Shown here in pieces: positions 26,513 through 38,540 of a stretch of DNA of 64,000 nt (position 1 is the first letter of the stretch; each line of letters opens with the position of its first letter). Origin of the DNA: Octopus vulgaris (taxonomy: Eukaryota). The translations under genes were made by a program, and so were the position numbers. The stretch is from the NCBI GenBank assembly GCA_951406725.2, contig OX597814.1:139128001-139192000 (forward strand), written 5' to 3'. The notes below the pieces were generated by a model. The model ran no database searches. It saw only the letters and a list, made by a program, of their open reading frames with translations, and was not told where the DNA came from.

Positions 26513-26774
26513 TATATGTATAATATGCATATATATCTTCGGCAGAATTTAGAGAGTAAGTCGAAAACTGAGAGTTTCGTGTATTGACACTTATCAAACA
26601 CGAATTTGTCCATTATCACTCTGTAACTTGTGACGAAATAACTTCTGAAATACAAAATTTTGTCAAAAACGTTAAGAGTAAACCCTGTCGTATGTGACAC
26701 ATTCTACTAGTATCGGAAGTTTGAAAGTGTTTAGTTAAAAAAAATTATTAAATATTCTGTACTTCAAATTGAAT

Positions 26775-27078
26775 AGATCCGAAATGGATAAAAAGTAAAG
26801 TCGACCTCGGCGGAATTTGAACTCAAACTGTAAACACATTGAAATACTTATTTCTTTACTACCTACAAGTGGTTAAACACAGAGAGGACAAACAAGAACA
26901 GACAAACGGATTAAGTCGATTACATCGTCCCAGTGCGTAACTGGTACATAATTTAACGACCCCGAAAGGATGAAAGGCAAAGTCGACCTCGGCGGAATTT
27001 GAACTGAAAACGTAACGGCAGACGAAATACGGCTATACATTTCGCCTGGCGTGCTAACGTTTCTGCCAGCTCGCCGCT
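26775..27078 (-). mobile_element. dimeric SINE family B copy
   Basis: Head + body + LINE-like tail + second partial body; same junction as the 47690 and 56191 copies. Confidence 0.85.
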
Positions 27079-28090
27079 TCAGGATATAAACATTCCTTTT
27101 AGCAATATATTTTTTATTCTTATTGCTAAACGTTACTTCCTTGATCTCTTACATACTGACACGAAATTTCGTAACATTTCACCCCATAACTTTTATTCTA
27201 CTAATTTTTGTTCAATGCGACTAACGACTCTGAATTCCTTATGCATTTTCTACCATTTAATCATAAGAAAAGTATACTTTTATTTTAAAATTTAAAAGTT
27301 TAATGTTAATTGAAGGTGAATAGGTGCCTTACTGCCCCACCCCTGAGGTCGCAGATATTTTGATGCAACTTTTTTCTACTGAACCAAATATCAAACTATT
27401 TATGCCAAACTGTTAACAGTTTGCAATTTAGTTGAGAACTGAATTGGTGAAGCTTGGAAGCTGCTGCGATTGACGAAATGGTGGACTTAAGAATATATTC
27501 AACCACTACCGTAGTTGAATGGTTATACGTTATACATTCTCTGTGGAACCAGATCAGGTGAATTACCTGGTCAATAAAGTACTTGATGTGATGATCAACA
27601 AATCAGGGAGAGTTTGTTTTGGTCCTCTGTTCAGGTGCAAAATACTGGAGGAACAGAAATTTGCATCATCAAATGGTCTATTGACTGCTAGAGCTGTGAA
27701 TTGATCCAGGATCTTTCGGCTGTAAACCTGAGGAAACGGAATTGTCCAGTACTTGCATCGGGAATTTGATACTGGACTTCACATAGCTGGAATTTTATAT
27801 CGTCCCAGTTTTATTTCAAACTTTTAAAATAATATGGCATCCTATCAAAATTATCACAATCTCAGTAAATCAAAATAAAGATCCAGACTTCACTTTTTGT
27901 TTCGGAAATAAGAGAAAAGGCATTTATGGACTCGATTGGAGTACCTTTCTATACTGTGTGTATATATTGCATGAATCTTTGAAGCAGAAACGCTGTGGAA
28001 AGGTAAAACTTACAGAAAACTTACAGAATTTTAAGTGAAATAAATTCAGTGATCTACAAAATATTGCATTTCGAAGGCAATCGACAGCTA

Positions 28091-28159
28091 GCAAGCCAAG
28101 CTACTCCAGACTGATGAAGAGCAATGACTCTGAAACTAGCCTCTGGTTGCTGGCTTTGC
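28091..28159 (+). ncRNA. minimal type I hammerhead ribozyme-like motif (probably inactivated)
   Basis: CCAGA-CUGAUGA-AGAG.CAAUGA.CUCU-GAAA-CUAG-CC-UCUGG; stem I extends imperfectly (GCAAGCCAAGC../GCUGGCUUUGC); triplet reads GCC rather than GUC. Confidence 0.7.
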
Positions 28160-28739
28160 AGGTAGCGGTGCTTATCTCCCCTGTTTGAAAGCTTAGGGAC
28201 ACATAACGCTTGTATCACATAGCCAACGGGAACCGGTGTTTCCTGAGGCTAAATAGCAGTAGCATTCTTCCCTTTCCTGGGACTGCCACATTATGTTGGT
28301 AAGAAACCATCACTTTATCGTGCTGCTACTGCATAAGTCTCTCTGAGATATTTAGAAATGCAATATTTCTAACATTGTAGAATAATATTACAGTAATTAA
28401 ATGTTTGCTGAAAAATATTCAATATCCAGACGAGAAGAAGAGATTTTTGTAAAAGGCTTATGTAGTTGTAAAAATTAATTACAAATCAGCAATGCATAAA
28501 CATGGAGTGTAGAAAGAGATAGGATAGTCTGAGCACAGCCTAGATTCATAACCAGATCACCCTTCATAATGCTCCTCTCCTGTGGATTGTAACAACATTA
28601 ACCATAAGTAAAATATCATTAATAATAAAAATGTATACCAAACATCTCATGAATAAATAAGAAATAATTTTGTGGATCCATAAATACATGGAATTAGAAG
28701 ACGAAGCATATCCCTTCTGTAAGTTGAATATTCTGAAGA

Positions 28740-30490
28740 TACTACTTTTCTCCATTCATTTTGTGCATGGAATTTTCTCCATTAACCAAAATGCTAAATC
28801 AGACTGGACTCATATGGAAATGTTATAAGAGGACACTCGACGTTCTATTGTATATGAATGGCTTTAATTTTCATATTCAATATGTCAAGCAGCAGAAAAC
28901 CACTGACACATGCAGTTGAGGATTTGACATGAAATTCAGTGTAGAAAATGTTCCAAGGCAGCATTGAAAAGAGGAAAGTTTATAATACATAAACTTCAGA
29001 GCCATGTCACATGAAGAAACGGAGAAAGAAAAGGATAAAACTTAGCGTACATTTTCAAAATGCTTGAAATATATGAATTACACAGATCTTTCACACACAC
29101 ACACACACACACACATTCATGCATACTTACCTAGTATTCCGTCGGTTACGACGACGACAAGGGTTCCAGTTGATCCAATCAACAGAACAGCCTGCTCGTG
29201 AAATTAACGTGCAAGTGGCTGAGTACTCCAAAGAGACGCATACCCTTAACGTAGTTCTCGGTGAGATTCAGTATGACACAGAACGTGACAAAGCTGGACC
29301 TTTGAATTACTGGTACAACTCATTTTTGCCAGCTGAGTGGACTGGAAAAAAGGGAGATGAAGTGTCTTCCTCAAGGAGACAACGCACCGCCGAGAATCGA
29401 ACTCACAACCTTACGACTGTGAGCAAAATACCCCAACTACTTAGCCACACACACAAATGACAGAAAGTGTGAGGAACAAACTTATAGACGAATTTATGAT
29501 AATACTTAAAACAGAGCCAAACGCTAAAAATAAAAGGCATCAATCAATATTGTACGTTTTTCCCGAATAATTATAGTTATATTTTCTACTGGAAGATAAG
29601 TGGATTAGTAAAACAAATAAACAAGAAAAAAACACACGGTGACTTCATACTGAATACACCGTAGAAAATCCGACATGGAAAAATTATACGTACCACATAT
29701 ACCCCAAGGTAGGGGTCTATTTTAATTTGGAAATTATTAGTTAGAAATACAAAGCTAGACTGTGTAACATCCACACAGTCATGCACAAAGACAAACATAC
29801 ACACACACACAAACAACCCATACATACACAAGAAAGAAGTCAAGAAAAACCATTATAGACGAGTTACATAAATACATGAAACCGAGCTAAATGCCAAAAA
29901 TAATAGATATTAAATTCTCAACTGGAAGCTAAGTGAATTAACAAAACTTGACAAGAAAACAAGAAAATGATGACTGCATTTCGAATATATTTTACATAAT
30001 CCAGCACAGAAAGATTACATGTAACACGATTATCTGGAGGCAGGAGTCTTTTTTTAACTAGAAAATTATTATATAATATCTACACTCAGACTACAAAAAT
30101 AACATGTAAAAAATATATGAGGAAACGAATGCAAAATAAGAAGAACAAAATAGAGTTGTTTTCCGTCTTCGAAACAGCCAAAAATGTAAAACGAAAGCAG
30201 CGGCCACAGTTCTGAGTAGGAGAGAAGAAACAACAGTAGAAGTTACTAGAAAATATTTGAATTTCACTGAAAATGTGATTTTTAAATCTTATAATGAGAC
30301 ACCTGAGAACACTTGGCAAGTATGAGCAAAGTCGAAGTGGATAAAAGGAAAATATTTAGGGATGGTTAAGAGAGACGCAGGAGATTTGATTGTAATTCAA
30401 ACTAAATTTTCACATTAGAAAATACCAAAACCATAAGATGAAGCAGATCAAAGATTAATCACTAAATATGTGACAGCTAGGTAGTAACAT
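28740..30490 (+). mobile_element. degenerate R4/Dong-like LINE (RT to C-terminal region) with nested SINE
   Basis: SPLTKMLNQTG, LLYMNG (degenerate YMDD), FDMKFSVE.CSKAALKRGK, ETELNAKN, ILNWKLSELTKLDKKTRK..STERLHVTRLSGGR. Confidence 0.7.
29135..29448 (-). mobile_element. SINE family C nested in LINE
   Basis: Matches 13617-13939 and the reverse complement of 57014-57340. Confidence 0.8.
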
Positions 30491-30514
30491 ATCGAATTAA
30501 GAGGGAGTGTATCT

Positions 30515-30835
<321 letters not shown>

Positions 30836-30839
30836 AGGA

Positions 30840-31935
30840 CATCATGTACAAATAATATATTGGGTGTCTCAATATGTTCTTGTAGGATCATTGTGTCACC
30901 AACATTATAACACGTGAGAAAGTGAGAGGAAAGTGGAAATCTGGGGTTGCATACATTAGCTACTAAGTAACAAAATGATCCAAGAGAAAAACAGTACAAA
31001 ATCGTAGGAAATTAAACATAGAGTGGCTGGGCTACCAGAAGGCTTTTGATAGTACATCACATGGTCTATTGTAGGCTGTTGTGCAAGACCAATACTGAAG
31101 ACATCAGCCATATCATTATCAACTGCAAGAGAATGTCTTCCAGATATTATCTTCCCATGTGGCATGATACGGTGGTCAAAACAGTCTAGAACAGGATAAC
31201 AAAACAGGAAACACCTACAAACTAAATTAACTATATTGGGACCGATAGGTCAAGAGAATATATGGTGAAACTTAAAAATTAAAGCAGCCATCAAGTTAAA
31301 GCACAACCGGCCAGATATTGCTGTGGGACCACACAAGGAAAATATATGTTCTGTTGTGGAAATCAGCTCCTCTCTGGATACCAGTCTGACAAGAAAAGCA
31401 CAAGTGAAAGAGGACAATACGAGAGAAAGAGAACAATACAAGAGAAAGGGAATAATACAAGAGAAAGAGGATAAATACAAGGTAAAATATGTTTGCAAAT
31501 CCAGTTCCCGAAATACACTGCCAGCTTCATACCTATTTTCATTGCAGAAACAGGATACACACCAATCCATCAGGAGCGAAGTATACTGAATTTGGATTTT
31601 GGAGGAGAGAACGCAAATCCTTAATTCATACACTACAAATGATCTCGGTACCCGGGGCTATAAAAATATGTAAGACCTTCTTAAGATTTAAAGGATGGTG
31701 AACCATTGTTCTCTTAAACATGTTCAGCATAGAAGTGGTTTTTCAGTCATACCAGGTGTATACGCTCTTTCGCGGATGTGACAATGATGAGTGCCTCTTG
31801 CAGCAAAGAGCTTACCATCCACGCTGACACAAGCCTTCATTCCATCATGGAAATTTTCATTCAGTGTTTGGCCCTGCTCATAATATAAATGTTAAAAACC
31901 CAGCATTGCCTGTGCCTGACGTTTTTAAAGCAAGG
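30840..31935 (+). mobile_element. internally deleted R4/Dong-like RLE LINE with 3' UTR
   Basis: WGCIH*LLSNKMIQE..RRKLNIEWLGYQKAFDSTSH (RT motif 3) joined to CRLLCKTNTEDISHIIINCKRMSSRYYLPMWHD (CCHC), then IW.NLKIKAAIKLKHNRPDI..ICSVVEISSSLD (RLE), ..LQMISVPGAIKICKTFLRF. Confidence 0.8.
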
Positions 31936-34900
31936 TAATGCTTTGTACGCATACGTATGTACATACACGCATGTGTGCATATATGTGTGTACCACAAATT
32001 CACCTAGCCTAATTACAAGCTAACACCTACAAATCCTGTAACTGCGAAATTCACGACGAACTAACACAAATAATAAACTAAAATAGTGGTATTGATCCAA
32101 TTAGATTTATGATAAATATAATCATTTAAACATAAAATCAAATAAAATACAACATAGAACAATTAAAGCCCTGCTACTACTAGCACTGTTAGTGAGAGTA
32201 ATATCGAAATACTAAAGAATAAAAATTACCCGAATGAACAGACAAATAAAGAAAGGACGTACAAAAAGAGAATGCACAAACAATAAAAATATCACAATAA
32301 CGACCAAAATTGCCTCAGCTCTACCATACTATGTATTAACAAAAACATTGATTGGACCACATGTATAGCTTATTTTGTAATACAAGGCATGACATAACAC
32401 ATATGTGACGTAACAAATCTTACGGCAGTTTTCGCATCCGTTGCCAAACACTACAAATAATTGCGAAAATAAAGTTCTTCATCTTCATAGGACATTCAAA
32501 TTAAGGCACGGAGCTTCATCAGAGTAAAAAAACAAGAGCATCCAATATAAACAAAGGGAAGAAGGAAAAAGAAAGAAAACATGGCCTAGAAAAGAAGTCT
32601 AGACGCCCAATATATTAAAAGCATATACTCTACCATTATTGGGGCTACGAGGTCCGTATGTAAATGAGTGAACTAGTAATGGTATAAGAAATAATAAAAT
32701 TTATTTTGCGCGTAGTTTCAATTTAAGGGGGACCCAAGATATTTTAAACAGTGATCACACCGACTCGTCATCCATGAATCTCTGCAAATATTGGAAATTT
32801 AGCGCATTATCAGCGACAGTGTAGCGATCTCTCTGTACAGTAGCTTGACAGTAGGGGCCATCTATCCAGCCAAATGCATCTCTTACACAAGAAGTGAAAA
32901 AAACAGACTCTCTTACCTGGTCCGAAAAAACTGAGGCAAGATACGCTTATCTGGTGATAATAAATGACGGAGGATATGAATGCTTTTCCAGCGTCGCACT
33001 GAAGAAGGCGATTAGAAGAAAAAACGATTGGGTTTAGTAAAGGAGTAACGATAGAGAAAGAGGGAACTAGTAAGAAATTAGAAGTTGTGATGAATAAAAG
33101 TAAGTTTCTGTTTTCAGAGCAAAGGCTTTCATTGTTTCATGTTTAAACATGAAGGAATGACAGCCATTCCATGAGCCCGGCAGGCAGGGGCGATGTGGAG
33201 TTCATGGCTCTATAGAATGCAATAGTTGAGTACTTCAAGCAGTATTTTCTATTGCAGCACAAGATCAAAAGTTTGTGTTAGGACTTCCTTCCTTCAAAAT
33301 TTGTTTGTACTAATAGCTGGTAGCAAAGATATAGTTAACTGCAATTGGTTGTACGATAGACGAAATCATCTAGTTTTGATGGCCCGCTTTATGAATTTTT
33401 CCGAATACAATAGAATTGTCCAACCCGGTTTCGTCAACAGACATTTAGCAGACTATGAATTGAGTTGTAGCGCTACTGAGAAAGGGGCAAAAAGAACGTT
33501 AGTGACAGTGCCTGGCCCATAACTCAGTTTAAGTTCAACTTTGAGTAAGCTGCAAAAGTTAGTGAAAGTGATCGCGTATGACAGCTACAATTTCAAAGCA
33601 GAAAGTTAAGTCAAAAGATGACCAAATCAGAAAATAGGGAGGAAACAACAAATATAAGCAAACTTGCCTATTTCAATCAAACCAGAAACGCCTATTTGAT
33701 ATTCTTGAAGGAAAAGAGGGAAATAATAACATAAGTCCGAATACTGAAAACACGAAAGCTATTTGAGGAGAAATTTTCGAAAACTTGCAAACAGTGGCCA
33801 AGGCACAGTAGGTAAAGCAAGTAAAAAGTTAGATTGAAAATGTTAAGATGCAAAGTATTGAGGCATTTCTCTCCTACCATTAAAGGTGGGAAAGTAGAAA
33901 GCAGCAGGACCAGACAAGGTCTATGGTTGCTGGCTGAAGCCGTTTCATTCGAATGTATCACTATAGCCTCCATGAAGCTATACTGATATAACCGAATGAA
34001 TGCGCAAGTTTTTCGATCAGAGTTCTGTGATAGAGGACGTCATGTTTCGTATATCAATACGTCTACTATAATAACGTGTATACTGTAACTACATCCTGCG
34101 AAGTTCTTTGTCTGCAATACCGTCTGTGAGTTACTGTTCAGTATCAAGTAGAACATGATTAGAATTTCAAAACGTAACCCGTTCGAACATTTACACACAC
34201 ACAAAGACGGAAGGAGTGAGAGAAAGTGAGACAAAGAGAGAACGAAAGAGGGGGAGAGATTCACAGGTGTACATACACACTGATACCATACATACACTTA
34301 CAAACGAAGACATATATACACAGAGGTGCACATTTATTTCACACAGATAAAAACACACACTATCAATCACACATTCATATAAAAGCTCCTGTAAACACAA
34401 ACTCACGGGTGTGCACGTATTCACACACAACTATGCATCACACACAGATGAAGACATACACTCTACCAACAGTGGAGCCTGAATGTTGTTGCTCGACTCA
34501 GATCGAAAGGAATAAATTTCCCTCAACTCATGCTTCCGCCATTTTAGATAGGGACACATTGGATTTTGTCATTCGGGGTTGCTCATACATCAAAAAAGAC
34601 AGGATAGATACGACTGGAACATACATACATACATGCATACATGCGTACATACATACATACATACCTACCTACCTACCTACCTACGTAAGTATGTATGTTT
34701 GTAAGTATGTATATATATTTGTATGTACATTTATATATAATGCATATGTACAGACATACATACACACATGCATAGATTTATACATACATTCGTACATAAA
34801 TACATACATACACATATGTATACTAGTTCCCTGTCCCTGCTGTCTGACAAGATCCTTCATCTCGCTTGAACATCTAATGTTGTTACTGAAACTGTTTTCT

Positions 34901-35113
34901 TTTTCATTCTTGTTTTCCTTGCCGCCCTCTCACCTCCTGTTAGGACTCTTTTGTTATTCTTTTTCAACCAACATATTCGATTATGTGACAAATGAAATTG
35001 GCACTGTTTTCTAAAACGTGGAAGTTTTGTTCCTCTTCTTGTGCTTTTTATTTTGTTTTTCTATATTTAATTTCTGGTTTTTCATTCTTACTTTCTGCTA
35101 AATACTTTTATTC

Positions 35114-35175
<62 letters not shown>

Positions 35176-36756
35176 TTGTAAAATCGATAGGCAACACATT
35201 CTTTAAATGATTTCTCTTTGTTGCTTAGTTTTTTATATCCTTTTTTAAATGCTTGTTTCTTTTCTCAACAATTTTTATTCTTGGCGCCATTGAAGTTTAT
35301 AGTCACAACCACAAAAATAACGATAAAGATAATAAACAATAATAATGATAAAAATATAACGAAGCTACATATGGTTCTCATCGTTTTGTTTTTGTAAAAC
35401 AGAGCAAATATAGTTTATTGGATGGTTTGTTTAATTATTTTTTCATAAATAATGAATATAAAATTCCTGCCAAATAAATCCTTCGTCGCTACGTTTTTTT
35501 TCCATTTTGATTATTTTCTATATTCGTTTTAGCTTTTTTATTTTAATGTATCTTATTTAAATGCAAAGCATTGCTTCCAGAATTACTTTCACTAATAGAT
35601 ATATAAATACGCGTTGTAATTAAACATTTAGATATAGAGAGGAAATAAAGAAAAGTACAAAGCAAACTTTGAAAATGCTTGATACTCCAAGGTAACTAAG
35701 TGTAGATAAATAGTCGTCCTTTGATGTATACCTGATGCTTTGGTTCTAACCCTTAATTCTTGGAAATTTCTCTCTAATTCCACCTAATTAGTTTTATTTG
35801 AAATCTTTTCTACGACCTAATAACCTACAGTGTGTGTATGTGGTGTATACGCGTATTCATCTGTGCGCATGACGCTTCCATCAATTCAATTAGTAAATAT
35901 ATTTGTGCATGTATATATGTGTGTGTGTGTGAAAAGAGAGTTTGTATGTGTGTGCGCGCGCGCGAATGTACCTTATGCATTCGAAAACTGAGTTGCCGAT
36001 GTTCAGGTATGGGGTGTCAAAAGATTCAGTAATCTTTCGGTTACCAAATAAACTTTATTTTTATTTACATATTTTTACGTTATCTCGACAACCAGCTATA
36101 GTTATCTGAAATACACTGCTCTACAGTGACCATGTTTCATTATAAAGTGATACTAGTTTCACACTTCCAATTTGAGCCAAAATTACCAAGTATTGCAATA
36201 TGAGGGTGACGATGTGTGAATAATGAAAGTAATGTCTCTCCAAATTAGTGACATATGTACTATAATAAAGAAAGATGCTTATCGTCTATCTACCAAATAT
36301 ACTATGTTTTTGGCACAACTCTTCTTTACTACTAAATTAACCTCGGAAACGAGGTCGGGTCGCACAATTTTGAGGTCATTTTCGGGCGATATTTCGATTT
36401 GCTTCTAATATTTTACTTTGTCCCATGTTTCACGCATGCGTAGAATTTTACTCATACAAACATTTATGAAAATGTACGCATAAATATTGTATTAAAATAA
36501 GCCATAACCAAAAACATTTCATTAAAAGACATCCATTTCTTTATGTTATGAGGAATACAGTCACTCATTCTCTCTTTCATATACACACGCACACATACGT
36601 ACAAAAGAAATGTATACATATGTATTTATGTACGTGTATATGAAAGATAATGTGTGTGAGAGAGAGAGAAAAAGAGAGAGCGAGTATCATTTACGCATAC
36701 ATGCAAAAAATACATACATGACAACATACACCTTCACTCACTCACTCTCTTTTTCT

Positions 36757-36787
<31 letters not shown>

Positions 36788-37019
36788 GTCCATTTCATAT
36801 ACACGTACATACATCTTTCACTTTCTGATCTCACTTCAAAGCAAATATCGCCTCTTCACATTCCCCTTTCTTTCAAATTCTGCTCTCTTCAAAGCATAAA
36901 GAAACGAAAACAATTTTACGGAAATTAGCGAACAATCATATGATCCCATATGATCGACTATATGATCGAGTTGACAGCTCTGCTGCTTCAAACGAATGAA
37001 TGCCATAAAATAACTTCCT

Positions 37020-37079
37020 TTAACACACACATGCACATACAAACGCACGCACAAACACACACACACACACACACACACA

Positions 37080-37168
<89 letters not shown>
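37020..37168. repeat. (CA)n microsatellite
   Basis: Direct reading. Confidence 0.9.
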
Positions 37169-38332
37169 TAAAACCTCTGTACGAATTATGTTATTTTTTG
37201 CCGTGTGCACGCGTAAAATTGCAGCTCAAATCCATTTGAAATTACCGTTTTGTATTCTGTAATTTGTGTTTGTGATGAGCGTATTTAAAAACCTGATCTT
37301 CGATATAAACTTAAAAGGAAGTTTTCTCAAATCCTGTCCTTTACCTGTTGTTTCTTGCATATCCGATGTGTCATTTGCGCCCTTCGCTAACTTTTTTCCT
37401 AAATTCCTTCTGATTCCTGTGTTTTCGATGAAAGGGATTAGGATTTCGCCGAAAAAACACGTTCTCAGTATTTTTATTTTCTCACTCCCCACCCCAATTT
37501 CTTTATTTTTAAATTTTTTTCCAAATTGTTTTCATTGTAATCCACGTAGAAAAATAGAGAATTCGAATCTAAGAATTTTCCTCTTTTTTTTTTCACAAAA
37601 AAACACTAAAATATCCTTTCCAAACACCCACTCATCACATCACCACCATCAAAAAGCTACATGCTCCCAATTTTTCACTTTTAGCTTTTTGGAAAGCGGG
37701 GAAGTTGTTTCAGAAATAATATCGTCTACCTGTTGTTTCTAGCATGGTGGTGTTCTGATATTTTTTACGTCTACTATTTCAGTACAATTCTACGCATGCT
37801 TGAAATATCAGGCGAAAGTGAAACATTGAGAGATTTTAGCTTCCTGAAAACGGACAGGTAATGGGTGAGCAATGTGGGGGAAGGAGCAGTGAGTGTTTCT
37901 TTAAGAAAAATTAAACTTTAAAAAATATATATATATTTCCCAGATTCGTGGATAAAAAAAATCGAAAAAGGTTACAAATTAAGAAATTGTGGTGAGAACA
38001 GAGAGGGGTGATTAAAATTTTGGAAATGTCATTTCTTGACAAAATCGTATTAACCTCATTTTATACGATGAAACAATACATAGTTTGTGATCCTTCTTAA
38101 GAACAGAAAGCCCTTTTATGCAAACCCATGCAAATTGTACCCTCCCCTTTAGTTTTAAACAAACAACATCCATTACGCCAGTTATCCAGTTCAATATATA
38201 TCAACTGTGCCGATTCTGCCCATAAGAAAGGAACAAATAATACAGTGTAGGTGTAGGTCATAACAGCCGAGCATGCATTGCTAGTATACATATATATACT
38301 TGTATATACAAATATATATACATATACATATA

Positions 38333-38368
<36 letters not shown>

Positions 38369-38480
38369 GAAATTTTTATTTATATGCTTATCAGGTATTG
38401 CCGCTTTGTGGGGGTGTTGTTCTATGTCGTTTCTTGAATGGTTGTTCAGAACACGAGCCCGTGGTTCAGTAGTAGTAGTG

Positions 38481-38540
<60 letters not shown>

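Noticed and set aside
27280-28000. Possible Gypsy integrase C-terminal remnant on the minus strand (YR.TPIES-like)
   Set aside because: Only one weak motif; too degenerate to support by eye.
32700-33990. Non-repetitive stretch that might be a decayed LINE endonuclease region
   Set aside because: No diagnostic motif (GDFN, DH) could be read; needs BLASTX.
34226-35014. 262-aa ORF
   Set aside because: Largely CA/CATA-derived low complexity; no recognisable domain or splice structure.
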